A stretch of DNA of 64,000 nt from positions 32,001-96,000 of the forward strand of contig JBFIML010000002.1 in assembly GCA_041611735.1 (NCBI GenBank), written 5' to 3'. This stretch comes from Myxococcota bacterium (GTDB lineage Bacteria; Myxococcota_A; UBA9160; PR03). Shown here piece after piece: positions 27,102 through 37,118 of the stretch. A program made the translations under genes and the position numbers. Position 1 is the stretch's first letter. Each line of letters starts with the position of its first letter. Below the pieces are notes generated by a model. The model searched no databases. It worked only from the letters and a program-made list of their open reading frames with translations, and had not been told where the DNA came from.

Positions 27102-27605
27102 GTGTGGCACGCTTTCGGGGACCGGCTGCGCCGCGCCGTCCTCCTGGACGGCGCCGTCTACCGGGAAGTGGCGGCCGACGTCCACGCCACGGGGCCAGCG
27201 GTCGCCGTGGTGATCGGCTCGGCCCTGGCGGAGGGGCTCGGTCGCCTGCCGGGCGAGGGACTGGCGGGTCTGCTGGCGAGCGTGGCCGAGGGCTGTCTCG
27301 CCTGGTCGTTCTGGCTGCTGGGCGTCGCCGTCAGCATGCGGCTGCTCGAAGACACGCCCTTCCCGCCGCTCTTCCGGGCGCTCGGCTTCGCGGCGGCGCC
27401 CTTCGCCCTGGGCGCCCTGGAGCCGCTTCCGTGGATCGGAAGCCTCGTTCTGCTGGCCAAGTGGGCGCTCGGTCTGGCCGCCGCGGTGACCGCGCTGCGA
27501 GAGGGGCTGGGGGTGGAAACACCCGGGGCCCTGCTCGGCTGCGGCTGCGGTCTGCTGGCGGCCGTCCTGCTCTCGCTCCCGTTGGCGTGGCTGGTGGGCC
27601 CCTAG
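27102..27605 (+). CDS. YIP1-like multi-pass membrane protein
   Basis: RLRRAVLLDGAVYREVAAD start, LFRALGFAAAP, several hydrophobic helices. Confidence 0.6.
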   Translation: MWHAFGDRLRRAVLLDGAVYREVAADVHATGPAVAVVIGSALAEGLGRLPGEGLAGLLASVAEGCLAWSFWLLGVAVSMRLLEDTPFPPLFRALGFAAAPFALGALEPLPWIGSLVLLAKWALGLAAAVTALREGLGVETPGALLGCGCGLLAAVLLSLPLAWLVGP

Positions 27606-27682
27606 AGCCAAACCCGGTTTCAATCTCACTGTTTGCGGTGGTAAGATGCCGTTTGTCGGGGGGTGGGATCGGGAGAGCCGTC

Positions 27683-28393
27683 TTGCCCCGACCCGATCCG
27701 TCACGTCTGCTTCCGGCGGGCAACCAGCCGACCCGGGGCCCGCTCACGGTACTGCTGCTGGGCATCCTGCTCGTCGCTCCGGGCGCCTTGGCGGAGCCGC
27801 CCGCTCCCGAACCCACCACCCACATCGTTCAGGCCGGAGAGACGGTCTGGCGCATCGCTCGCCGCTACGACGCCACGGTGGAGGAGCTGGTCCGCGCCAA
27901 TCGGATCACGGACGTGACCCGCGTGTTCGCGGGCGCGGAGCTGGTCATCCCGGGCAAGCGCACGCCCCAGCGCGTCCCCCGAGCGGCGGCCCCGCCAGCC
28001 GCCAGCGTCTTCGAGGCGCTGCTGGCCCGGGCCGAGTCCGAGGTGGCCGAGGCGCGCTTCGAGCAGGCGCTGGCCACGGTGGCGGAGGCGCGCGCCCGGC
28101 TCGCCGCCGACCCGGGGAGCCCGGTGCCCGGGGCGAAGACCGCGCGCCTGGAGGTGCTGGCGGCCACCGCAGAGGCGGCCTTCGGGCGCCAGGGAGCCGC
28201 CCTGGAGAGCTTCGTGCGGGCCCTCACCGCCGATCCCCGCCTGGAGCTGGACCGGGGCGCCACCTCGCCCAAGCTCCTGCGCAGCTACGATGCGGCGCGC
28301 GACCTCATGCGTCCGGTGGGCCGGCCGGCGTCCCCAGGGCGTTCTGCAACCGGTTCACGAGACGCCCCACGCCACCCCCCGCCCAGCTCTTGA
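27683..28393 (+). CDS. Secreted LysM-domain protein with TPR-like C-terminus
   Basis: Signal peptide; HIVQAGETVWRIARRYDATVEELVRANRI...GAELVIP; start uncertain (TTG after GGGAGAG). Confidence 0.78.
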   Translation: MPRPDPSRLLPAGNQPTRGPLTVLLLGILLVAPGALAEPPAPEPTTHIVQAGETVWRIARRYDATVEELVRANRITDVTRVFAGAELVIPGKRTPQRVPRAAAPPAASVFEALLARAESEVAEARFEQALATVAEARARLAADPGSPVPGAKTARLEVLAATAEAAFGRQGAALESFVRALTADPRLELDRGATSPKLLRSYDAARDLMRPVGRPASPGRSATGSRDAPRHPPPSS

Positions 28394-28670
28394 CCCGCTT
28401 CCCGTCCACGTAGAGCACGTTGAAGGGCAGCGAGTCGACCGTGGCGATCCACGGGTTGGCACGCTTGAACTCCACGAGGCCGCGCTGGTCCAGCAACAGC
28501 TTGCCGAAACGCACCTCGCCGAAGCGCTCGTCCTCGGCCAGGAAGGCCTCCAGCTCCGCCGCCCATTGCCGGCACGCCTCGCAGTCGCTCTTGCCGAGCA
28601 CCAGCACGGCCCCCGGCGCGTCCAGGAAGGCCTTCCAGTTGCCGGCGTCCACGGCCTCGAAGCGACTCAC
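28305..28670 (-). CDS. Thioredoxin-fold protein
   Basis: CEAC motif, SLPFNVLYVDGK; GTGA-type start downstream of the peroxiredoxin. Confidence 0.7.
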   Translation of the reverse strand: MSRFEAVDAGNWKAFLDAPGAVLVLGKSDCEACRQWAAELEAFLAEDERFGEVRFGKLLLDQRGLVEFKRANPWIATVDSLPFNVLYVDGKRVKSWAGGGVGRLVNRLQNALGTPAGPPDA

Positions 28671-28710
28671 CCTCGTCCCTCGCGACGCGGCCGCCGGCCG
28701 CGTCGCATTC

Positions 28711-29235
28711 TCAGCCCACGAACTTCTCGCCCTTGTGCCAGTCGGCCCCGCACAGGCCGCCGCTCTGGAGCGCCTGCACCGTGCGCAGCGTCTCGGCGGG
28801 GCTGCGCCCCACCGGCAGATCGTTGATCACCACCGAGCGGATCGTGCCCTTGTCGTCCACGATCACCGTGGCGCGGAAGGCGACGCCCTCTTCCTCCTTG
28901 AGCACCCCGAAGGCCTTGCTCACCTCGTGGTTCGTGTCGGCGAGGATCGGGTGGGTGATCTCCTGGGGAAAGGTCTTGCGATCCGCGAACCACGCCTTGT
29001 GGCTGAAGAAGGAGTCCGTGCTGACCCCGATCAGGGCGACGCCGTCGTCTTCGAACTCGCCGCTCAGGGATTGGAAGCCCTTGATCTCCGTCGGACAAAC
29101 GAAGGTGAAGTCCAGGGGATACCAATACAGGACGTACCACTTGCCCTTGTAGTCCTCGCTCTTGATCGTCTTCTGCTGGCCCTTCGCGTAGGCCGTGCCG
29201 CGCCAGGCGGGCGCCTTCTGACCGACCATGGACAT
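28711..29235 (-). CDS. 2-Cys peroxiredoxin (AhpC/Prx1)
   Basis: YPLDFTFVCPTE, GVSTDS..SHKAW, FRAT, GRS, GGLCGADW. Confidence 0.93.
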   Translation of the reverse strand: MSMVGQKAPAWRGTAYAKGQQKTIKSEDYKGKWYVLYWYPLDFTFVCPTEIKGFQSLSGEFEDDGVALIGVSTDSFFSHKAWFADRKTFPQEITHPILADTNHEVSKAFGVLKEEEGVAFRATVIVDDKGTIRSVVINDLPVGRSPAETLRTVQALQSGGLCGADWHKGEKFVG

Positions 29236-29396
29236 GGACGAACCACTCCTTGCCTTGTGGGGGGCGGGACGGCGCGGGCCGACCGCCGGCCGCGCATCCA
29301 CCCGTACCCGGTTGATCGCAAACCGTGCGGGGGTCGTCGAGAGCGGGCAGCATACAGGGGTTCGGGGAGGAAGCGCTCTTTCCCCTGGGGAACGCC

Positions 29397-30098
29397 ATGA
29401 CGGAACCGAGCGACCTCTACTTCCAACAGCTCCCGGTCGGGCGCATGGCCAACCTCGCCTACCTGATCGGGAGCCGCTCTGCCCGTCGGGCGTGGGTGGT
29501 GGACCCGGCCTGGGACGTGGACGCGTTGCTCGACCGGGCCGAGCGCGACGACGTGGAGGTCGTCGGGGCCCTCGTGACCCACTACCACCCGGACCACGTG
29601 GGAGGCGAGATCTTCGGGCACTCGATCGAGGGGCTGCCGCGTCTGCTGGCCCGCCGCCCGGTCCCGGTCCATGCCCACGCCGACGAGGCGGACGGGGTGC
29701 GGCGGGTGACGGGGATCTCGACCTCGGACCTGGTGGCCCACGAGGCCGGCGACGTGCTGGCCCTCGGGGAGGTGCGCGTGCGGCTGCTGCACACGCCGGG
29801 GCACACGCCTGGCTCCCAATGCTTCCTGGTGGAGGAGCGGGGGCACCCGGGACGGCTGGTCTCGGGCGACACGCTCTTCCTGGGCGGGTGCGGCCGGGTG
29901 GACCTGCCGGGGGGGGATCCGGAGGCCATGTACCGCAGCCTGACGGGGGTGCTGCGGGCCCTCCCGGACGCGACGCAGATCTTCCCGGGTCACCTCTACG
30001 CGCCCGAGGCCTCGTCCACCCTGGGCAGCGAGAAGCAGCGGAATCCCACCCTGCGCGTGACCAGCCTCGATCAGTTCCTGCGCTTCGTGGGGGCCTGA
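29397..30098 (+). CDS. Metallo-beta-lactamase fold hydrolase
   Basis: THYHPDHVGG, HTPGHTPGS, GDTLF..GCGRVDLPGG, FPGH. Confidence 0.88.
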   Translation: MTEPSDLYFQQLPVGRMANLAYLIGSRSARRAWVVDPAWDVDALLDRAERDDVEVVGALVTHYHPDHVGGEIFGHSIEGLPRLLARRPVPVHAHADEADGVRRVTGISTSDLVAHEAGDVLALGEVRVRLLHTPGHTPGSQCFLVEERGHPGRLVSGDTLFLGGCGRVDLPGGDPEAMYRSLTGVLRALPDATQIFPGHLYAPEASSTLGSEKQRNPTLRVTSLDQFLRFVGA

Positions 30099-30171
30099 GC
30101 GGGCGTCGGCCGCGGCCCTGCACATCGCCCCAAGTCCGCGAACTGGAGTCACTTTTCGGCGCCTGGCCCGG

Positions 30172-30200
30172 TTGAAATCGCTTCGCCCGTCGGTTAGGGT
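30172..30200 (+). promoter_or_regulatory. Candidate sigma70 promoter for etfBA
   Basis: TTGAAA-N17-TAGGGT. Confidence 0.5.
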
Positions 30201-30272
30201 TCTGCCGCCCAAGACGACCCCCCGGGACAGTCCGAGCCGGGGAGTGCTCTCTCCCACGGAGGCTCCCGCGCC

Positions 30273-31055
<783 letters not shown>

Positions 31056-31076
31056 GCCGGCGAGGGGAACGACGCC

Positions 31077-32051
31077 ATGGGCAGCATCCTCCTGGTCGCA
31101 GAGCTGCAGAAGGGCAAGATCCGTGAGGCCACCTACGAGCTGGTCTCCTTCGCGCGCAAGCTGGCGGAGGGCACGGGTCGCCAGGTGCACAGCCTCGTCC
31201 TCGGCGCGAGCGCGGGCGGGCCGGCGGAAGAACTGGCCAAGCGCGGCGGCGGGCAGGTGCACCTGGCGGAGGACGCATCGCTCGAGCACTACCAGCTCGA
31301 TCCGTTCCTGAAGGTAGTTCAGGCGGCCGTCGATGCCGCGTCCCCCGACGTGGTGCTCCTCTCGAACACGCCGACGGGCTGGGACCTGGCGCCGCGCCTG
31401 GCCGCCGCCCGGGACGCCGCCTTCGTGAGCGACTGCTTCGACCTGCAGGTGCAGGGCGAATCGCTCGTCTTCCTGCGCCGCCTCTTCAACGGCAAGCTCG
31501 ATGCGCGCATGGTCCCTACGCTGCCCGTCGTCGCCACCATGCAGCCGGGCGCGACGGCCGCCTTCGAGGGGTCGAGCCAGGGTCAGGTGTCGAAGCTCGA
31601 TGCCGGGCTGGCCGGCGTGGAGTCCCGCACGGAGTTCGTGGAAGTGCGCGAGGCCGAGAAGAAGGGGGTCGATCTCACCAAGGCCAGCATCATCGTATCG
31701 GGAGGGCGCTCCCTCGGCGGCCCGGAGAAGTTCCAGGAGGTGATCAAGCCGCTGGCGGACGCCCTCGGCGGCGCCATGGGCGCGTCGCGCCCGGTGGTGG
31801 ACGCGGGCTGGCTCCCACACGCCTACCAGGTGGGCTCGTCGGGGCAGGTCGTCTCGCCCAAGCTCTACATCGCCGCGGGGATCTCCGGAGCGATCCAGCA
31901 CCTAGTCGGCATGAAGAGCTCCAACTACATCATCGCCATCAACAAGGATCCGGATGCCCCGATCTTCGAGGTGGCCGATCTCGGCGTGGTCGCGGATCTC
32001 TTCGAGGTGGTGCCGGCCCTCACCAAGGCCGTGAAGGAAGCCAAGGCCTAG
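31077..32051 (+). CDS. etfA: Electron transfer flavoprotein alpha subunit
   Basis: IVSGGR, GASRPVVDAGW, QVGSSG, GISGAIQH, AINKDPDAPIF. Confidence 0.95.
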   Translation: MGSILLVAELQKGKIREATYELVSFARKLAEGTGRQVHSLVLGASAGGPAEELAKRGGGQVHLAEDASLEHYQLDPFLKVVQAAVDAASPDVVLLSNTPTGWDLAPRLAAARDAAFVSDCFDLQVQGESLVFLRRLFNGKLDARMVPTLPVVATMQPGATAAFEGSSQGQVSKLDAGLAGVESRTEFVEVREAEKKGVDLTKASIIVSGGRSLGGPEKFQEVIKPLADALGGAMGASRPVVDAGWLPHAYQVGSSGQVVSPKLYIAAGISGAIQHLVGMKSSNYIIAINKDPDAPIFEVADLGVVADLFEVVPALTKAVKEAKA

Positions 32052-32063
32052 GCCGACGACCCC

Positions 32064-32088
32064 CGGACCGTCCCCTCGGGACGGTCCG
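32064..32088 (+). terminator. GC-rich hairpin after etfA
   Basis: CGGACCGTCCC-CTC-GGGACGGTCCG, 11-bp perfect stem; no U-tract. Confidence 0.5.
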
Positions 32089-32113
32089 AAAGCCCTCTCC
32101 GACGCAATCTTCG

Positions 32114-32142
32114 TTGACAGTCCTGCGTCGCCGGCGTAGGAA
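32114..32142 (+). promoter_or_regulatory. Candidate sigma70 promoter for the parA-like operon
   Basis: Perfect TTGACA-N17-TAGGAA (weak -10). Confidence 0.4.
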
Positions 32143-32245
32143 GGATGCGGGGGGATTGCCTGCCCGCATCGGATCCGCTGCTCCTGGTGGCCGCCGATCC
32201 AACGCCCGGTGACGGGGACGGGGTCCACCCGGAAGGGGGAAGCCC

Positions 32246-33082
32246 ATTCCGCGGCGCATCGCCTTTTTGAACGAGAAGGGCGGCAGCGCGAAGACCACGC
32301 TCGTCGCCAATCTTGGCGCCTACCTCGCGCTCGAGCGGGGCCGTCGCGTGCTCGCCATCGACATGGACCCCCAGGGACAGCTCGGGCCGGTCCTCGGGGT
32401 CGAGGCGGCGCGGCGCGCCCACGGTTCGGCCATCGAGCTGCTGGTGGACGCGGCGCTCCGGGAAGCGCCGGACCCGACCCAGCCGGAAGGCCCTCCCGGC
32501 ATGCTTCCCATCGTCCGCACCCGCATCCCGACCCTGCAGCTGATCCTCGCCAACAAGGCGCTGGGCCTGGCACCGGCCCTGGAGAGCCAGGGCGCCGATC
32601 CCACCGGCCGCCTGGCCCGCCGCCTCGACGCCGCCCCGGAACTCGACGGCTACGACTTCGTCCTGGTGGACGGCCCTCCCTCCTTCGGACCGCTCACGCT
32701 CAACGTGCTGCGGGCCGTGGAAGAGGTCGTGGTGCCGGTGCCCCTCACCTTCCTCGCCCTCGACGGCTGCGCCCAGATCCTGCGCACGATCTCGACGGTG
32801 CGCATGCGCTACGAGCACCCGCGTCTCGTCATCACCATGGTGGTGCCCACCTTCTATCGACGCACCCGCATGGCCAACCAGGTGCTGGAGCGCCTGAAGG
32901 CCCGCTTCTCGAAGGAGCTCTCCCAGCAGGTACTCGGCTTCCACGTGAAGATCGACGAGGCCTCCTCCCACGGGCTCTCGGTCTTCGAGTATGCGCCGCG
33001 GGACCGCGGGGCCCGCGCCCTCGCGGCGCTGGCCGAGGAGCTCGAGGCGCGGCGACCGGCCAACGAGGAGGCGACGAGCTGA
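32246..33082 (+). CDS. ParA/Soj family ATPase (orphan; probable ATT start)
   Basis: RRIAFLNEKGGSAKTT, IDMDPQG, LVDGPPSFG, VPV, SVFEYAP. Confidence 0.9.
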   Translation: MPRRIAFLNEKGGSAKTTLVANLGAYLALERGRRVLAIDMDPQGQLGPVLGVEAARRAHGSAIELLVDAALREAPDPTQPEGPPGMLPIVRTRIPTLQLILANKALGLAPALESQGADPTGRLARRLDAAPELDGYDFVLVDGPPSFGPLTLNVLRAVEEVVVPVPLTFLALDGCAQILRTISTVRMRYEHPRLVITMVVPTFYRRTRMANQVLERLKARFSKELSQQVLGFHVKIDEASSHGLSVFEYAPRDRGARALAALAEELEARRPANEEATS

Positions 33083-34194
33083 TGCGGATCGAGGAGCCGC
33101 CGCGCGGCCGGCCGGACCCGGATCCGCCCGTGGCCCCGGAGCCCGGCGTGGCCCCGACGGTGCTCGGGTCCGATCCGTTCGAAGAGGCCGGCCCCGATCC
33201 CCTGACGGACTGGCTGGATGCCCTGGAACGCGTGGCTGCCCGAGCCGCCACCACGCGAGAGGTATCGCGCCGCAACGGACGCCCCCTGGCCCAGGTGCCC
33301 CCGGCGGCGCCGGAGCTGCCGCCGCGCCGGGGCGTGCCGCTCACCGAGGTGGAGCTCCCTCCCGAGGCGCGGGGACTCGAGCGGCTGATCGGGGACGAGC
33401 CGCGGCGGCGGCTCGCGGCGCTCCTGGCCGGCCTGGGCGAGGCGGAGGCCTACGACCGCTTCGGCCTCTCGCCCGCCGCCCTGCGCCGGGCCTTCCCGGC
33501 GGTGTACGCGCTCTATCGCTTCTATTTCCGCGTGCGCAGCACCGGCCACGAGCGCCTGCCCGTCGACGGGCCGGCGGTGCTGGCGACGAACCACGCCGGC
33601 CTGCTGCCCTTCGACGGCGCCATGACCGTGCTCGACGTGCTGCTCCACACGGACCCCCCGCGGCTGCCCCGCGCCATCGTGGATCGCTGGGCCGGGTCGC
33701 TTCCCTTCGTGAACGTCTTCTTCGCCCGCGTCGGCCAGGTGGTGGGCACGCGCGAGAACTTCGCCGCGCTGCTGGAGGATGGTGAGCTCGTGCTGGTCTT
33801 CCCGGAGGGCATGGAGGGCATCCGCAAGACCGTCACCCAACGCTATCGCCTGCAACGCTTCCACGTGGGCTTCGTGGAGCAGGCCCTACGCGCACGCGCC
33901 CCGATCGTCCCCGTGGCGGTGATCGGGAGCGACGACCAGACGCCGATCCTGTACGACGTGAAGCCCCTGGCGCGACGCCTCGGGCTTCCGGTGGCGCCGA
34001 TCACGCCCACCTTCCCGTGGCTGGGCCCGCTGGGGCTCCTGCCCTATCCCGTCGGCTACCACATCGTGTACGGAGAGCCGCTCCGCTTCCACGAGCGCTT
34101 CGGTCCCGACGCCGCCGAGGACACGCCGCTGGTCCGTGCCCTGGCGAGCCAGGTACGACGCGCCGTGCAGCTTCTCATCGACCGGAACCGCTGA
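33082..34194 (+). CDS. Lysophospholipid acyltransferase (PlsC/LPLAT) with Pro-rich N-terminal extension
   Basis: YDRFG, NHAGLLPFDG, FPEG, YRLQRF; TGATG coupled to parA. Confidence 0.88.
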   Translation: MRIEEPPRGRPDPDPPVAPEPGVAPTVLGSDPFEEAGPDPLTDWLDALERVAARAATTREVSRRNGRPLAQVPPAAPELPPRRGVPLTEVELPPEARGLERLIGDEPRRRLAALLAGLGEAEAYDRFGLSPAALRRAFPAVYALYRFYFRVRSTGHERLPVDGPAVLATNHAGLLPFDGAMTVLDVLLHTDPPRLPRAIVDRWAGSLPFVNVFFARVGQVVGTRENFAALLEDGELVLVFPEGMEGIRKTVTQRYRLQRFHVGFVEQALRARAPIVPVAVIGSDDQTPILYDVKPLARRLGLPVAPITPTFPWLGPLGLLPYPVGYHIVYGEPLRFHERFGPDAAEDTPLVRALASQVRRAVQLLIDRNR

Positions 34195-35204
34195 TGCCGA
34201 ACGTCCTCGTGACCCATGCGGACGAGCCCCTCGGGCGTCGCGTCGTCAAGCTGCTCTGGCACGACGACCGGGTGGGCCGCATCTTCGCGGTGGGAAGCGG
34301 ACCGGCTCCCCGAGCCTACGACCGCTACCGGGTCGGAGCCCTCCCGCGCCTGCACTACGCCCGGGCCGACCTGGCCCGACACCGGCCCGTGGCAGACCTG
34401 TTCCGCTCCAAGCGGCTGCGGGACGCGGCCGTGGACACGGTCGTGCACGTGCCCCAGCACGCGGTGCCGTCCAGCGACCGTCCGGTGGTCGCGCGGGTCC
34501 CGGGCCGGACCGCCGAGGCGCGCCTCGTGCTGCAGCATGCGCTCGAGTCGCGCAGCATCCGCGCCCTGGTGGGCCTGGGCAGCGCCTTCGTCTACCGGCT
34601 CGCTCCGGGCAATGCCAACCGGATGCTCGAGACGAGCGAGCTCGACCTGGACCCCGACGTGCCGCCGGAGATCCGCTCCTGGATCGATTGCGACATGCTC
34701 TTCCATGGCGAGATCGGAAGCCCCCGGCTGCGGGTGGTGCTGCTGCGGGTGCCGACGGTGCTGGCCTCGGGGGGTTACGTGTACCTGCACCCCGGTCTGG
34801 CGGGACGCTCCGGCCCCCGGCTGCGCGCCGCCGGGTTCGACCCGTTGTGCACGGTGATCGCCGACAAGGACGTGGCCCGTGCGGCCCAGGCGGCCATCCA
34901 CTCCGACTCGGCAGGCGTGTTCAACGTGTCGGGCCACGAGGCGGTGCCCCTCTCCGTGCTGGGGCGCTGGACCGGCCGGCGCGGCCTGCCCGTGCCCGGC
35001 CCCGTGCTCGGCCTCGCGTCCCGGGTCGCGGCCCGACTCGCCGGAGAAGTGGCGCGGGACCTGCTGGATGGTCGTCACCTGCGCTACGGATTCACCCTCG
35101 ACACGCGGCGGGCCGAGCGCGTGCTCCAGTTCCGTCCCGCCTATCGCATCGGCCTGGCGCGGGCCGGCGACGGCGCGATGCGCCTCGAGGCGGTGCCCGC
35201 CTAG
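34194..35204 (+). CDS. Extended SDR/epimerase-like protein with degenerate Rossmann motif
   Basis: VLVTHADEPLG, GSAFVY, AGFDP, DKDVA, GVFNVSG; TGATG coupled. Confidence 0.7.
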   Translation: MPNVLVTHADEPLGRRVVKLLWHDDRVGRIFAVGSGPAPRAYDRYRVGALPRLHYARADLARHRPVADLFRSKRLRDAAVDTVVHVPQHAVPSSDRPVVARVPGRTAEARLVLQHALESRSIRALVGLGSAFVYRLAPGNANRMLETSELDLDPDVPPEIRSWIDCDMLFHGEIGSPRLRVVLLRVPTVLASGGYVYLHPGLAGRSGPRLRAAGFDPLCTVIADKDVARAAQAAIHSDSAGVFNVSGHEAVPLSVLGRWTGRRGLPVPGPVLGLASRVAARLAGEVARDLLDGRHLRYGFTLDTRRAERVLQFRPAYRIGLARAGDGAMRLEAVPA

Positions 35205-35278
35205 CGGGCCCGGCACCGTCGGCTATCTTCCGGCCACCCTCCCGGATCCCGAGCCGATTCCACGCGTCGGAAGGCAGC

Positions 35279-35842
35279 ATGGCCGTCGATACATCCCAAT
35301 TCCGCAACGGACTCAAGATCGAGCTGGACGGCGAGCCTTTCGTGATCGTCTTCTTCCAGCACGTGAAGCCGGGCAAGGGAGGCGCCTTCGTGCGCACCAA
35401 GGTGAAGAACCTGCGCACGGGACGCGTCCTGGACCGCACGTTTCGCTCCGGCGAGCGGATCGCGGAAGCCGACGTCGAGGACCGGAAGATGCAGTACCTG
35501 TACCGGGACGGCGAGCAGTACGTCTTCATGGACACCACGAGCTACGACCAGATCCCCTTCTCGCCGGACCAGCTGGGCGATGCGACCCGCTACCTGCAGG
35601 AGAACGTGCAGGTGGACGTCCTGTTCTGGCGCGGCAAGCCGCTCCAGATCGAGCTGCCGGCCTTCATCGAGGCCCGCATCACCCAATGCGACCCGGGCGT
35701 GCGGGGCGATACCGCCTCCGGCGCCACCAAGCCGGCGACCCTCGAGACCGGCGCCGTCGTGCAGGTGCCGCTCTTCGTCAAGGAAGGCGAGACGATCCGA
35801 GTCGACACCCGGACCGGCCAGTACGTCGAGCGGGTGGGCTGA
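35279..35842 (+). CDS. efp: Elongation factor P
   Basis: QHVKPGKGGAFVRTK, PGVRGDTA, KPATLETG, VDTRTGQYVER. Confidence 0.97.
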   Translation: MAVDTSQFRNGLKIELDGEPFVIVFFQHVKPGKGGAFVRTKVKNLRTGRVLDRTFRSGERIAEADVEDRKMQYLYRDGEQYVFMDTTSYDQIPFSPDQLGDATRYLQENVQVDVLFWRGKPLQIELPAFIEARITQCDPGVRGDTASGATKPATLETGAVVQVPLFVKEGETIRVDTRTGQYVERVG

Positions 35843-35850
35843 GGGCGGAG

Positions 35851-37116
35851 GTGACGGCGTCTCCGCCGGACGGCCGCCCGCGACGCGCGGTGGTCCTCTC
35901 GGGGGGTGGCGCCCGCGGCGCCTACGAGGCCGGGGTCCTGCGCTTCGTGCTCGACGAGCTGCCCGCCCGCCTCGGTCACGCTCCCCGCTTCGACCTGATC
36001 TGCGGCACCTCCGTGGGCGCGATCCACGCCTGCTACCTGGCGGCCACCGCCCACCAGGAGGCCAAGCGCGGCGAGGAGCTGACACGGGCCTGGCAGGCCC
36101 TGCGACTCGACGAGATGCTTCCGGTCGCGCCCGGCGACCTGTTCCGGCTGCCCGGCCGGCTGCTCGGCCTGCGGCGCATCGCCCGCGACCTGCGCAGCGG
36201 CCGTCTGCCCGAGCGCCTGTACGGTCTGGTCGACCCGCGCCCCCTGGAACGGGTGGTGCTGCGCACGATCCCCTGGCGCTCCATCCGGCGCAACGTGGAG
36301 CAGGGACAGATCACGGCCCTGGCCGTGGCCGCGACGCAGATCTCCACCGGCCGCGCGGTCGTGTTCGTGGAGAACCGAACGCGCCGCATCCCAGGCTGGA
36401 CCCGGGATCCCTTCACGGTGGCGCGCCCCGCCCGCATCGGACCCTCCCACGCGCTGGCCTCGGCGGCGATCCCGATCCTGTTCCCGGCCGTGCGTGTCGG
36501 CAGCACCTACTACGCGGACGGCGGGCTGCGGCTGAACACCCCACTCGCCCCGGCGCTGCGGCTGGGAGCAGAACGGGTCCTCGTCATCGTGCCCCGGCGT
36601 GCCCACTCCGAACGCATCGACGCGGAGCTGGGCGAGGCGCGGGTGGAGTCGTACGGGAATCCGCTGTTCCTGTTCGGCAAGGTGCTGGACGCCCTGCTGC
36701 TCGACCACATCGAGACCGACCTGGCGCAGATGCGGCTCTTGAACGAGATCCTGCGCGACGGAGTCGAGGCGTTCGGCGACGAGTTCCTGGCCCGCATCAA
36801 CGCGGTGGCGAAGCGCACGCGCGGACAGGGGTTCCGCCTGGTGGACGACGTGGTCGTCCGGCCGGGCAGCGACCTCGGCGTGCTGGCGGGCCAGGTGCTG
36901 CAGGCGCAGGGGACCCGCCAGCGCATCTCGCCGCTGCTGCGGCTGTTCCTGCGCGCCCTGCCCACTGCGGAGGGCCCGGTGGAGGCGGATCTGCTCTCGT
37001 ATCTGCTGTTCGACACCGAGTACGTCTCGACCCTCGTCGAGCTCGGCTGGGCGGACGCCAAGGCCCGGGAAGAGGAGCTGGCGCGCTTCTTCTCGGACGA
37101 CCTGGCGGCGGCGTAG
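35851..37116 (+). CDS. Patatin-like phospholipase
   Basis: SGGGARGAY, GTSVG, ASAAIP, DGG. Confidence 0.9.
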   Translation: MTASPPDGRPRRAVVLSGGGARGAYEAGVLRFVLDELPARLGHAPRFDLICGTSVGAIHACYLAATAHQEAKRGEELTRAWQALRLDEMLPVAPGDLFRLPGRLLGLRRIARDLRSGRLPERLYGLVDPRPLERVVLRTIPWRSIRRNVEQGQITALAVAATQISTGRAVVFVENRTRRIPGWTRDPFTVARPARIGPSHALASAAIPILFPAVRVGSTYYADGGLRLNTPLAPALRLGAERVLVIVPRRAHSERIDAELGEARVESYGNPLFLFGKVLDALLLDHIETDLAQMRLLNEILRDGVEAFGDEFLARINAVAKRTRGQGFRLVDDVVVRPGSDLGVLAGQVLQAQGTRQRISPLLRLFLRALPTAEGPVEADLLSYLLFDTEYVSTLVELGWADAKAREEELARFFSDDLAAA

Positions 37117-37118
37117 CG

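Noticed and set aside
32246-33082. Plasmid or prophage partition locus
   Set aside because: No parB, rep, integrase or iterons; flanked by etfBA and efp.
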